Shown here: piece by piece, positions 24,475 through 36,794 of the stretch
Layout of the letters: each line of letters opens with the position of its first letter
Numbering within the stretch: position 1 is the stretch's first letter
Assembly: GCA_040285825.1 (NCBI GenBank)
Contig: JAUPSS010000002.1
Span: 310,001-374,000 of the forward strand
DNA length: 64,000 bases
Source: Eukaryota sp. TZLM1-RC
Taxonomy: Eukaryota > Protista > Metamonada: BaSk clade
Reading direction: 5' to 3'
Translations under genes and position numbers: made by a program
The notes under the pieces: model-generated
Seen by the model: the letters and a program-made list of their open reading frames with translations, nothing else
What the model was told of the DNA's origin: nothing
The model's database searches: none

Positions 24475-25619
24475 CACCAACCTAATCATTTCTGGTCCGT
24501 TGTTGATGGTACAAAAATTGTTACTTGGTTACCGATACATCGTCATATACCAACTCCTGTCTTCACTTGTATTACCATCAGTTATCAATATACACCCTTA
24601 TACCTCTGGTATCGTTTGTTCACTCTCTACGAATCAACTCACTCCAATCTCAACGGACTATGTTGATAATCCATTACCTATGGTGTCTGACGTGATCTCC
24701 CTCAACCTTCCCTGTACGACCAACAACTCTCTCATCAGTTCCTTCTCTGTCTTTTATCGTGGATCTCCTTATATTCTCAATCTTAAAGTTGCTCAAATCA
24801 GTTACCAAATCAGTTTCCCAACTTGTAGGCTATTCCGGTTTTGTTTCTTAGTGTGTGATAACTTGAGTGCTTTCCAAATCTTCAAAATCTGAGTTTGATT
24901 TGAGTTGAGTCGCTTATTATCCTCATGGGTTGACGTGAAGTTTCAATATCAGTTTTTTAAAATTGCTTGTATCAATATAATGAAAGCAAAGCAATGTAGA
25001 GGAAAGTATACAATGACTATTCCTTGATTTTTGTTATTTTTTGCCGTCCTTATGAATGCAATTTGGTATCAAAGCAGGTTCAAAATGCTGTAGATTCAAC
25101 TAAATTTGATTACCAACAGAAGATATGGGAATTCAGTGAGAAAGTTTGCTCTGAATGCGGCTAATGATGATTATTCAGTTCACAACAAAGACTACGTGCA
25201 AAGGCTGCAGTTTTCTTAAACATTCGTGTGACTGTATAATCGTTGGGAGATTCATTCTTATAGATGAAATATTTTAACACAATGCTTCAGTGTAACAGAA
25301 CTCTTTATGAACTAGTTCAATCTTTAACTGAAACAACAATCCAGAAATATCCCAGAACGTTTGACGTTTGACAACGATAGTAAAATTGCAAAAACAGATG
25401 TTTGTCCAATTGTAGTTCCATCTCTTCAATAGATTCAAAGAAAAAGCTGAACGACTTATCTTACCTTTTCTTTACGTGTCAAAAATCACTAATGGTGTTG
25501 ATTCATCAGTATTTGTTGCAATCGTTCTGTTCCATATTTAATTAAATAGAATGTCTACATGTTTTCGGATCTTGGTAATATATTGGATCTTGGTTTGGTT
25601 CAAATTACTTATGAAGCTT

Positions 25620-25745
25620 TAAAACTTAACAAAATAAATTGACAACTAATAGAACGAAACTTATTGAACCAAGATTCCCTCTACAAACTCCTGATCAGCT
25701 TGTTTTCTCGCTATAGCTTCCCTAATTCGATTAAAGAATCGTAGT
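25620..25745 (-). mobile_element. Short 3' fragment of CRE-like family 1
   Basis: TTGAACCAAGATTCCCTCTACAAA...CTAATTCGATT matches the family 1 ORF end. Confidence 0.7.
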
Positions 25746-26046
25746 GACGAATTCAAGAATGTCATCAAAGATGTCAAAAGTCTTCATTACTATTTCTTCA
25801 ATCATTTTTCCCATATCTTCCCAACACAAAGGTGACAAACAACCAGTCACAAAGACATCCCAGAAATGATATCCGCAATTCTTCAGGATATTTGAGTTGC
25901 TCTGATTGTTTTTTGAGTTTGATTTTGTACACCTATTAAGAGCATTGTTTTGGTAATTGTCTAAAAACAAGTGAAAGAAAACCGTTTATTCGGTTCATAC
26001 TAATAAACCCAATAAATATATACAAAACAAAAAATATTAAATAAAA

Positions 26047-27141
26047 TTAATCAAAATACAAATGAGCAATCGAGTGGTTGCATGGTTGAGGCAGAAACTC
26101 AGAGAATTCTTCCAAATTCCTGAATAGACCATTTTTCAAAGGAGAGACCGTCAAAAAAGCAGGGGTAGAAGCCCTGAATCCAGTGTCACAGCCATCAGAA
26201 ACACAGTCAAAAACGGAAGTTAGGTCGTAATCATCTATCATATTGACCCTTTTGAATGGAGGAGTTACTGGAGGATCAAAAAAAAGATTCATGTCAAAAC
26301 AAGGCGGATTTGATGGTTCAATCTTTTTAAACGTTAGCTGATGACCCTCAGTCAAAAACTCAATGGTTTCCAATTCCTTCACCCCATCATCCACCAACCT
26401 GACCTCAATTTGTTCTTCAGACACAATGCCTGGAGCAGTAACTAAGAAAAGGTCCCTGTCCGGGAATAATGAGAGTAAATCTTCATTGTAAAGTTCAAAA
26501 TTAGAGTCAGCTAATGAACGATCTAAGATAGATTCAATACTTAACAGTGCTTCATCGAGCTTTTCCTCAATCTTTTGCAACGAATTGACCTCCGCAACAA
26601 TGTCAAAATGCTGCATAGAAGGTGCTGGTGAGGTAGAGGATGGGTCATTAGATTCTGTGAACAAGGCAGCGGCAGAATCAACACCGAGGTAGTGAATGAT
26701 GTTCTTGGGACCTTTAGTTATTAGTCCAATTCCTTCAAGTACATTGGTGATGTCATAAATGCGGCGCTTGGGAACCTCCAAGACCTCACAAGCATCGTTG
26801 AGGTTAAGTTGAGCATCGTTGGCTTCACATAAAAGATGTAGGAAACGACGAGTGAGACAACCAAGGGTTGAGTTCTCTTTAGCCTTTCCTTGAGAACTTG
26901 TTGATTGAGAGGGCTTTCGAGGTTCCGGAGAAGGGGATTGCCGAATAACGGAGGTTGTAGCTGTAGTTGTCACAGGAATAGAAGTGGGAGGAATCTTGCT
27001 GGGGGATGTAAAGTCTGCTTCCGAAAGTGGGAGGTTGGCAAATAAACATGGTGTAGATTGAGAGCGAAACAACTGAGGAGTTGACAGTTCTTGAACAAGT
27101 TCGTCCTGTAGTACTGACAGAAGATGTGTATCAGTCATCAT
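26047..27141 (-). CDS. E2F: E2F family transcription factor
   Basis: Winged-helix signature LGCLTRRFL...KRRIYDITNVLEGIGLI followed by a coiled coil. Confidence 0.9.
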   Translation of the reverse strand: MMTDTHLLSVLQDELVQELSTPQLFRSQSTPCLFANLPLSEADFTSPSKIPPTSIPVTTTATTSVIRQSPSPEPRKPSQSTSSQGKAKENSTLGCLTRRFLHLLCEANDAQLNLNDACEVLEVPKRRIYDITNVLEGIGLITKGPKNIIHYLGVDSAAALFTESNDPSSTSPAPSMQHFDIVAEVNSLQKIEEKLDEALLSIESILDRSLADSNFELYNEDLLSLFPDRDLFLVTAPGIVSEEQIEVRLVDDGVKELETIEFLTEGHQLTFKKIEPSNPPCFDMNLFFDPPVTPPFKRVNMIDDYDLTSVFDCVSDGCDTGFRASTPAFLTVSPLKNGLFRNLEEFSEFLPQPCNHSIAHLYFD

Positions 27142-28046
27142 TTCCAGAGTGGGAAGGGTTCAAAATTATTTAGTGTCTTTACCAGTGATATTTGCACCTT
27201 TTTGACTAACACCGTAATGATGTTTTACCAAAAACTGAAAAGCCATTATTTCTTGACGCCGTGCTTGTGGTCACATCTCAAAGTGAGGAGGAAAATTCTC
27301 TTAGCCCAATGACAAAAAAAACTTAACAAAATGCTCGTTATGCTGATTGTTGGATTTCTATGATTAAAACTTTAAAGACAAACTTGTTCCAACATTTTTA
27401 TTAAAAAAAAGGAATAAGTAGTATTTTGTATTACACAATTGAAAAATTGATTGTGAACTTCAAAAGTATCAAATAAGAGCATTACTTGATTACTTGGATC
27501 ATTCTGTTGATGTTTTCTATAACGTTAAAAGAAACAATAACGTTCTGAAGAGGCAAGATAAAAAAACTTTTCATCATTTATTAGTAAAGTTAAATCTCTG
27601 CTTTTAGAAAGATGTAGGGATATTGATAGTGAAACATTTGCAATGAGAAAAAGTCTCGCCAATTAGTTCGCTTTTGATTAATGGCCATATCCTTCATTTA
27701 CTTCACCCTATTTCTAAAAGGGAAAAGTATTCAAAATTTGATTGTTCGTCAAAATCAAATTTGTATTTAAGAGCCATGTTCTACATTATTAATTTTTTTA
27801 AAGATGAGGAGAATGAGCTCTTCCATGCCCAGCCTTTGAAAAATTGTTGTTTACCATCTTATATCGAAACTGGCAAGTTTATTTGACTTGTTCTTTACCG
27901 AATTCAGGAACATTCTTGGTAAAATATTGGGCTTATCAATGCAATGATCAAACTGCTGATTTGTTCTTATGGGACATCATTTAAAAATGGGCAAGATTAA
28001 AAACACGAACCTTTATTCCGAAAATTCTAGAATCTAGAAAAATTCT

Positions 28047-28720
28047 ATGACTGATGTTTTAGGATTGAAACCATCTGTAGAAAAGCTTATCTCGGCTTTG
28101 CATCAAAAGACTTTTATAGTACGTTTATTGTGGAACACAGAAGGGCATGTGACTCACTTTTTGTTCTTGCATAAAAAATCATTAAAGTACTATGAAAAAT
28201 TTCATACAGTGGTTCAAATTGATTGCACATACAAAACAGAAGTTAAGCAATTACCTCTATTGGCCATTGTGGGTATAACGCCGACGTTTATGACTTATCA
28301 TGTCGGATTTTATTACATGAAATCCGAAACAACTGTTGATTATACATGGATCCTTTCACAGTTACGGAGCATTTGTTCAGTAATTCCTGAAGAATTTGTG
28401 TTGGATCAGGAACAAGCGTTAAGAAAATCTCTCACAGATATTTATGCAGAAAGCCACCAAGTACTCTGTTTATGGCACATTTGGCAAAATATTCAGCGAC
28501 ATTGTCAAAAAAGATTCGGATCCAACTCAGAATTCAATTACTTTATAAACAGATTCCTGAGAATGGTCAATGAACCTAATGAAGATCAACATAATACTAC
28601 TTATGAAGAATTTCTCAATGAATTCAGCAACGTCCCTGATGTTTTACAATATGTGAAAAACGAGTGGATGACCAGAAGAGAGTCATTTATTAAATGTTTT
28701 TGCATGGTCGAAAATTCTTG
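28047..28720 (+). mobile_element. MULE/MuDR transposase, N-terminal/catalytic part
   Basis: IDCTYKT...LPL..IVG, FVLDQEQAL and LCLWHIWQN MULE motifs. Confidence 0.85.
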
Positions 28721-29563
28721 TTTTTTTAAAACTGGAACATTTATTGAGATAAAAAAAACCCTCTAGAATTCAATATCCTCCAAACAAGCGTCACTATTAC
28801 TGAACCTACTCACAGCATTACGTTCATATTCTACACCAATAGCTAAAAGTGCTTCTGAAATCATTGTTGGAATAGACTTGAAAATGCAAAAAACAGTTCT
28901 ATTTATCCAGAAAGTGGAGTTCATTGTTTTACCAGACCTATTCATTAACACCTTTTTAAAATTTTCAAAAAAGTGCAACCCTGAAGGTCCAATATTGCCA
29001 TAAAGAGAAATTGCAAACGGCACAAACTGATATTTCACATGTTCCACTCTACCTAACTGTGCCAAAGGTTCTTCATATTTTTTTATCTTCTTTTTTTCGG
29101 CGTTAGATAACGGCGAATCAGCGGAATACACTAAACGAGCAGCAAAATTTTTGCAAACATCAACTGAGACAACATCTACAACATTGAGAACACCATCGAT
29201 CCCTGGAGCTACTAAATCTGCCGTTCTTTTACCAATGGAATCATCCGTTTGATCTGAAGACAGCTTACGTACTAGTGGCTCAATAAATGCCTCTATATTG
29301 AAACTTTTGCACATGGCATATAATTGATCACGAACTGAGTCATGAACAATTGAGCGATAAGTTATAAAATACTTACAGTTTAAAATATGGGAAAGCGTAA
29401 CAACACTCTTGCAGCGACAAATTAAATCATTTGGTAATGAACAAGGCCATAGAAAACATCTCATTCTCATTGCAGTGGTCCGTTGGTGATCATTAAGTAG
29501 AAGGCCATAGGAATTTGGGAGATTAGGCAACTTGAGCAACTGTCTTCAAGATCAATCAAATGT
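28721..29563 (-). mobile_element. CRE-like RLE non-LTR family 2, 5'-truncated
   Basis: CRC...HILNC Zn finger, HDSVRDQL, EP, RTADL, KIKKY and PFAISLYG motifs, with a T-run tail at 28721. Near-identical inverted copy at 31284-32361. Confidence 0.9.
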
Positions 29564-29949
29564 ATCTATACAAATACAAAGCCTGAGCAAAATGATAATT
29601 AAACACTATAATACGTGATATTTAAGCTGCCGCAACTATTTTCTTTCGTGAAAAGGTTACAGTTGAAGGAGTTTTTTAGGTGATAACATTAGCATATTCA
29701 ATCAAGAGAACGTGTTGTTTCAATGAGTTCAAATAAAGTTTTTTTCATAATCTGATCAACTTGACACTTCTTTAATCTTTAATAGAAACCACTTAACCTA
29801 ACAATGATTCTTGACAGGACAACATTCACAACTTCTCTCTTACACGAACTTTATCTTCTCCGCTGTAAAGACTTGACAACGTCAGCAGAAACAACATTTC
29901 TTACTCCCTTACACCTACAATTGTCTCGTTCCTAACTAACAATAGTACG

Positions 29950-30330
29950 CTAACCACATTCGCTCTTGGCCTTTCTCCTGAGAACCAACCTAAATAGACA
30001 AAAGCTTGATTTCTTAAGCTTCTTCAAAACTATACATTGTTCTTCAACTTTCGCTTTCGCTACTGGTGATAATGTTTTGAGATCAGGTTGTTGCATCGGA
30101 CTCATAGGTATACCAGCACCTTCAGTACCCTTTCCAGCAGCCTTTAGACTGTCATCAGTGGGTTCAATAACTTTGGTTTGATACTGTTGTTTTCTAAACA
30201 CCTCTGATCTCTCTCTTCCATCCAGAATGTGTTCAGCCAACATCAGAATATCTAGAGCAGAATTGGTATCTCGATTCCAGAAGGTTTTGCATTGATTACA
30301 CTGCCTCAAACCCCATGAAACTGCTTGTCC
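29950..30330 (-). pseudogene. Fanzor C-terminal relic
   Basis: VSWGLRQCNQCKTFWNRDTNSALDILMLAEHILDGRERSEVFR (Zn finger half plus RuvC-III NRD). Confidence 0.75.
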
Positions 30331-30449
30331 ACTTTTATAGTATTACGTAATTGTCTTGTTTATTAAGATTAGGTTTGTGACATTGTTTTCCACTACAAAA
30401 TGAGTGGTAAATTTATTCAATTAAATTTATTTGAATAAAGGTGTTTTGA

Positions 30450-31283
30450 CTCAACACAAACATTATGTCCGAAGGAGGGTTCTCTTCATCCTCCGTTACA
30501 AACAGTCAAAACCCATTCAAGGCATTGCCCATCACAGTCCAGAAATTCATACTATATTCCGACCTATTCCGACCTAATTCTCATAGCAGAAGCCATTTAC
30601 ATTATCAGTAAAACCCTTTAAGTAAGTTAGATTTGAGCTGCAGGGATTCATTAATTTTACCCTGGTGTCGGAAGATAAGACCTTTAATGTAGACTGCATA
30701 CTCACAAAGTCCATTGGTCTTGGTTAAGACATCATCTATTATAGAAAGACACGACTCAAAGTCTTGACGAGAGTAAAGTGTGTGTATAAGGTGATTCGAA
30801 TCCTCTCGAAATGTGGGTGACAGTTCAAGCAGTTTTGCTATGGTTTGAAGAGTTTCATTGGACCTTCCAAATACCAGTGATGTTGAAACATGGTTGTGTC
30901 CAAAGACTTACGTTCTTTCAACAACTGTTGCAACTGCTTACAACAAGGAAGACCTGTCTTCGCCATACACTCTTTTACACACACTTGAATCTCATCAGGA
31001 GTTCTTGACACAATTCTCACAACTTCCGCTGTCTTCTTGATGATGACATGAGATATCTTTCCATGAACTCTGTCGAACAACCTTGCTGCTACATTCTTAA
31101 GTGTCTTTCTTTTACTCAGCTCAATAGAACGTGATATTTTCTCCAACTGTTTTTCGTTGAACTTAGCAATCATAATGACACTTTGTCCGAACTGACGTTG
31201 ATTAATTTTGAGGTCTCGCTTCATTGCATAATGTCCTGACTCAACTTTGGACGTAGTTGTTTTGCCCAAGAATTTTCGACCAT
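30450..31283 (-). mobile_element. MULE transposase C-terminal part (inverted relative to the N-terminal part)
   Basis: GKTTTSKVESGHYAMK and SWIM-like C...GLPCC motifs. Joins 28720 through the inverted TSD. Confidence 0.8.
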
Positions 31284-32361
31284 TGTGGCAGCTCTTATCT
31301 TATTTCTTTGCAACAGGAAATTGAAACTCTTTCACCCAATATTTGGGCTAAATGTTTCCCCTCTGATATTGTGGAACTTCCTTCAAGAAGCTTGCTCTCC
31401 TTACCACTGACTTTTGCAAAATTGCAGAAAACAATCTTGAAAGTTTTAGAAAACTTGGATTATATTGTACGTCTTAGCTTGGCTAAAGAAAAAAATCCCG
31501 TTTTTGCAAACTTTTTGATTGATCTTGAAGACAGTTGCTCAAGTTGCCTAATCTTCCAAATTCCCAACATTTATGGCCTTCTACTTAATGATCACCAATG
31601 GACCACTGCAATGAGAATGAGATGTTTTCTATGGCCTTGTTCATTACCAAATGATTTAATTTATCGCTGCAAGAGTGTTGTTACGCTTTCCCATATTTTA
31701 AACTGTAAGTATTTTATAACTTATCGCTCAATTGTTCATGACTCAGTTCGTGATCAATTATATGCCATGTGCAAAAGTTTCAATATAGAGGCATTTATTG
31801 AGCCACTAGTACGTAAGCTGTCTTCAGATCAAACGGATGATTCCTTTGGTAAAAGAAGGGCAGATTTAGTAGCTCCAGGGATCGATGGTGTTCTCAATGT
31901 TGTAGATGTTGTCTCAGTTGATGTTTGCAAAAATTTTGCTGCTCGTTTAGTGTATTCCGCTGATTCGCCGTTATCTAACGCCGAAAAAAAGAAGATAAAA
32001 AAATATGAAGAACCTTTGGCACAGTTAGGTAGAGTGGAACATGTGAAATATCAGTTTGTGCCGTTTGCAATTTCTCTTTATGGCAATATTGGACCTTCAG
32101 GGTTGCACTTTTTTGAAAATTTTAAAAAGGTGTTAATGAATAGGTCTGGTAAAACAATGAACTCCACTTTCTGGATAAATAGAACTGTTTTTTGCATTTT
32201 CAAGTCTATTCCAACAATGATTTCAGAAGCACTTTTAGCTATTGGTGTAGAATATGAACGTAATGCTGTGAGTAGGTTCAGTAATAGTGACGCTTGTTTG
32301 GAGGATATTGAATTCTAGATGGGTTTTTTTATCTCAATAAATATTCCAGTTTTTTAAAAAA
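31284..32361 (+). mobile_element. CRE-like RLE non-LTR family 2, 5'-truncated
   Basis: ORF 31257-32318 with Zn finger/RLE motifs and an A-rich tail. Confidence 0.9.
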
Positions 32362-32446
32362 ATTTGTATAGATGTAACAAGTTGTGAATAAATCAAATTT
32401 TTATTGCTGACTGTCTGATCTTTTCTCGACTGACATATTCACCCCA

Positions 32447-34338
32447 ATGGCAAATCCAGAGTTGCCACGTCGAGGGCGTGTACTCTCCTAGGAGGGTAAC
32501 CGTCGTGAGCAACCAATAAACGACAGCAAGACGACAGTTCCAGCTCGTGCTGCTCAGTTCTTCTCTACTGCAGCTCTTGTTTCAATGGAAAGACAGTTTC
32601 GCTATATTCGAACTGTCACTGTGCTTACTGCCCGGTTAGCACAGCTGTTCGTCCTGCAATATCCGGAAATGGCTTTCTGGTTATATCAACAACAGTTTTG
32701 GTATCAATGTCAAGACTTTGTAATGGTACCTCATCCGACTGTGAGAGGCCCATTCGCGCACTCTATGATGTCTCTTTCCGACCTGGCTGGCAATTTTTCC
32801 TCCTATTGGCTTTCAGAAGGGAACCGACAACTGGTGCCACTCTGACATTAGAAGCTTTCGTGCACTGCAAATGGCGAACAGCTTTTGTCAAATACTTACT
32901 GATGGCCCTGTCTCCTGGAAGCTGAACTTCTTCCGGACCATGGCTACCTTCTTTGAGTGCCCTTGCCCAAAGAAATATGCTTCATTAGTGGTGAACACGA
33001 CTGCAGCCACTATTCCTGACTCTTTGCGCACATGGTATGATGAAGGTTACCATGAGTACATAATGGACCTATTTATTCAGCAGGTTGCTGACCTCATCGT
33101 TTTGACGCTATTTTGATGCTGGACAATGTTGATCTCAGCCCAGACAACATCACCTTCTTATTCACTGCTGGGCTAAATATTTTATCCTTTCTGGAAAATA
33201 TTGCATCTGACACCATGCGAAGAAATGCCGCGTCCCCATCCCCCAGTTATTCTCCTGGCTTTATCTCTTTTAGTCAAAAACTGGAAAAGCATTTTCTCTC
33301 TTTCAATGCCAAACACTGGCTGCTGAAAGTTCCGTTTGCCTTTTTCAGAAAAAAGAAGTAACTGACTTACACAATCAGTTCAGATGCTGTTTCTGTCCGC
33401 TTCACATTTTCTTTTGCCCCCAAAAAAAATAAGAATCGCCGGACAGCCAGAGAATTGGCAACCACCATAGCCAGTGGGGAACTCGATATACCTGCAAAGA
33501 GTCGGAAGCGAAACTCTAGATTTCAACAACAGGTCCGTCCAAGACAACGTCGAAGAACTGACGACGCCTATGAGCCTCCACCTGTTGATCCAATTGAATA
33601 TTCATTTTGTGCAATTGATCCTAATCACAAAAATTTGTGTGGTTATTCAATTGGATCAAGAATTGATAATAGCAATGTTGATCATCAACTTTTGGGCCTT
33701 GTTCTCAATCCAAAGGCAAGGAAGATCATTCACCCACCGGTTCTGACCCATGCATCACCAAATTGCTATTTTGCTAAGAATTTACACAAATATCTTAATG
33801 AAATAGCAAGCCTTTGATGTGGGTACCGACACAGGAAGAACTCAGCAATCCCGACTTCCGTCCGAGAACTATAGTAGACCAACTGCTGATAAATGGAGAT
33901 CGCCGAGCCCTGCGCCGCAATAAGTTTGATTTCTTTATAAGAAGGCAAAAAAGAATAATGGGATTTATTGAAAAAATTAAACTAATGGCTAATGGAAGAG
34001 AAACCATAATTTGGTTTGGTAGTGGAGGTGATGGGTCATCAAGACAATCTGTGAAAACCCCAAGGAAGCGCTTTTTGAAGGAGATTTTGAAACATTTTAC
34101 ATAAGTGAAGCCTAATGGAGATGAATTCTACACATCTGCCAAAACGAACTGCTGTAAGGTATTCAATCAATAGTTGTATCACGATGATGGGAGGGTGAAC
34201 AATGATAAGTTTGTATGCCCTCAATGTCAGACACTCTCGTCGAGGGACATCTCAGCTTCCAGAAACCAACTGGAGATTGCCATAAGTGAGCACTACTACA
34301 AAGAAAGACCTGAGGCGTTCCGGAGACCCCGTAGATAA
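32447..34338 (+). pseudogene. Near full-length Fanzor (TnpB-like RNA-guided nuclease) pseudogene
   Basis: TISSDAVSV, RuvC-I CAIDPNHKNL, WFGSG, RuvC-II DEFYTS, CC...CPQC Zn finger, RuvC-III SRDISASRN and terminal RPEAFRR. Four in-frame stops and several frameshifts. Confidence 0.85.
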
Positions 34339-34544
34339 GTGTTATTCCATGTATTGCGTACCTGTACGCGTATTGTGATGTTGCTGCTTTAACTATCATT
34401 TGATCGTGATATCATATAGTGATAGAACTAAGCTTAACGTCTATCAAGATTGCATGAATTGGTCAAAAGCCAGAAGTGCGTTTTGATAGAAATTCACAGT
34501 AATATCCCATCTATCAAAAAGAAACCTGTTCACCATATTCCTTA

Positions 34545-36794
34545 ATGCGTTCTTCACGGACAGCTGTTGCACCTGTGGGTTTTAACCAGTTTGCTTCAGT
34601 ATCACTTCAGTCAACCTGGACGAACTATCTGAGGCCTGCTATATATTCAATCTTTGAATGCAAAACTTCCACACTGAGCTTTGAAGAACTGTATAGACAT
34701 GTGTACAATTTAGTCAATTCAAACAAGGCTTCTTCACTTTATGAACACCTACAATCCGAAATGCACATCTACATAACTTCACTATCTCAATCTCTTGCTC
34801 TTAGTGCCGACACTGATTTTCTAGACAACCTAGTCAATCATTTTAACCAATATATTAAGGCTGCTGGACTCATATCAGACATATTTATGTATTTGGACAG
34901 GGCATATATATCATCTAAACCAAATCTGGACAGCATTAAGAACCTCTGTATTCATGCTTTCATCTCAGTAATTTTCCCTGCAACTAACTCTCCTGTCAAA
35001 GACCGTCTCGTCTCGCTTCTTCTTTCTTCTTTTACCAAAGCCAGAAATCAGCGAATACCACCCTCTGACTTGCCTTCTTCAGTCAAGAATGCCGTGTCCA
35101 TGTTGATGTATCTAGGTCTTGGTGAGCGCTCGGTCTATTTGGCAGTCTTTGAAGGAGCATTATTAAACGATACAATTAACTACTATTCCAACTATGCGTC
35201 TCAGAGACTCGCCTCTCTTTCTCTTTCTGATTACCTTTCTGACGTCACTGATTGTTTGACCTTTGAAGAATCATTAGTTTCGTTTATTGTTGACTTTCAA
35301 GGAGGAAAAGCAGCAAGGGAAACTGCTCATTCAGTTCTAATTGAGAGTCACATTGATCACATCATGGTTGCCGAGGCTGGGCCACAATTATGGATCAAAT
35401 CACCCCATGATTATGAGCGACCATTACGTTTACTTTTTGACCTTATTTCTGTTACAGATGTCGGGATTGATGCCCTATCGCATTTATTGTCAAACTGGCT
35501 AAGCGAGAATCTACTTAGACTTCGACAACAATTAGCTATTCAGAGTGATACTTTCTATATTGAATTTACCCGCAGTTTGATTGAATTATATTCCGATACT
35601 ATTGATTTGGTGGTCAACGATTATTTTAAGTCATTTACTCCTCTAAAAAGGACCACATTGGATGTCTTTGATCAGGAATTAAACAAGACCATTAATAATC
35701 AAGACTGTTCTACTATAGCTCATGCTATAGCCCGACATACTGATTTTTTGTTAAGGTCTGGACTTAATGGTAAAGATGACCCAGAAATAAATAGAATTCT
35801 TGCTGAGGAGCTCAATATATTCAAACTTTTACGGTCCAAAGATGTTTATGAAACGTGCTTCCAACATTCATTGGCGAAGAGATTGTTGAAAAACAAATCT
35901 TTATCATTAGAGCTGGAAAAGGCAATGGTTGCCAAGCTACGACTGGAAATTGGTCAAGGAACTCAGCCCTTTGAGGATATGATTAGAGACTTGGAGACAA
36001 ATTTTGATCTTCAATCAAATTACACTTCATTCTGCACGTCATCCATGCTTGAACCACCAATCATTTCTGCATATGTTCTTACTTATGGTAGATGGCCATT
36101 TACTATCCCAAAGTTGAATTTAGTTCTTCCTCCAACTATTCAAGACTCATTCTCTCACTTTGTACAATGGTACCTATCCAAACATCAAACGAGGAGGCTT
36201 GTACTGAATCCTGGATGGAGCAACGTAGAGTTGGGTTTCCAGGTTGCTGGGAGAGAGTATTCAGTTATTAGTTCTTTGTTTCAGGCGCTTGTTTTGCTCT
36301 GTTTCACACACGAGAGGCATATTCTCTCTGGAGCACAAATTACAGATTTAACTGGGATCCCTAGAGATGATGTGGTTGATGTACTGTATTCTTTGTGTAA
36401 AGATAATAGACTATTGGTGAGAAGACCTAGTGACAAGGACAACAAGAATCATTGGTCTGAAATGGACGAGTTTATGGTAAATAGCAAGTTTGTGTCAAAG
36501 TATGTTCGGATAATTTTGAGACAAGATACACAACGGATAAAAGCAAAGGAACATCACAAGGTAAGTGATCAAGTTGAAAAGGATCGGAATCAATTGATTG
36601 ATGCTGCTGTTGTTCGAATAATGAAGTCCAATCAAGTAGTCTCTTTTCATGACCTGGTTGAAAAAGTGCAATCTGATCTTCGTGTTCATTTTAGTCCCTC
36701 TTCCAATCTACTTAAGCAGAGGATTGAGAGTTTGATAGAACGAGATTTTTTGGAAAGGACAGATAGAACCGATGTTTTCAAATATGTTGCTTAG
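34545..36794 (+). CDS. Cullin (CUL3/CUL4-like)
   Basis: LSFEELYRHVYNLV, DIFMYLDR, KDVYE...LAKRLL and the neddylation region IDAAVVRIMKS...IESLIERDFLER...YVA. Confidence 0.92.
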   Translation: MRSSRTAVAPVGFNQFASVSLQSTWTNYLRPAIYSIFECKTSTLSFEELYRHVYNLVNSNKASSLYEHLQSEMHIYITSLSQSLALSADTDFLDNLVNHFNQYIKAAGLISDIFMYLDRAYISSKPNLDSIKNLCIHAFISVIFPATNSPVKDRLVSLLLSSFTKARNQRIPPSDLPSSVKNAVSMLMYLGLGERSVYLAVFEGALLNDTINYYSNYASQRLASLSLSDYLSDVTDCLTFEESLVSFIVDFQGGKAARETAHSVLIESHIDHIMVAEAGPQLWIKSPHDYERPLRLLFDLISVTDVGIDALSHLLSNWLSENLLRLRQQLAIQSDTFYIEFTRSLIELYSDTIDLVVNDYFKSFTPLKRTTLDVFDQELNKTINNQDCSTIAHAIARHTDFLLRSGLNGKDDPEINRILAEELNIFKLLRSKDVYETCFQHSLAKRLLKNKSLSLELEKAMVAKLRLEIGQGTQPFEDMIRDLETNFDLQSNYTSFCTSSMLEPPIISAYVLTYGRWPFTIPKLNLVLPPTIQDSFSHFVQWYLSKHQTRRLVLNPGWSNVELGFQVAGREYSVISSLFQALVLLCFTHERHILSGAQITDLTGIPRDDVVDVLYSLCKDNRLLVRRPSDKDNKNHWSEMDEFMVNSKFVSKYVRIILRQDTQRIKAKEHHKVSDQVEKDRNQLIDAAVVRIMKSNQVVSFHDLVEKVQSDLRVHFSPSSNLLKQRIESLIERDFLERTDRTDVFKYVA

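Noticed and set aside
21432-27990. Short ORFs at 21.6-22.0, 24.0-26.0 and 27.1-27.9 kb, and antisense ORFs over real genes
   Set aside because: No recognisable motifs. They are probably decayed elements or shadow ORFs.
32489-34173. Four in-frame TAA/TAG codons in the Fanzor (32489, 33359, 34102, 34171), suggesting a UAR=Gln genetic code
   Set aside because: Host genes end at TAA/TAG at the expected C-termini (cullin YVA-TAG, DRC8 TAA) and the Fanzor also has frameshifts. Ordinary nonsense decay is sufficient.
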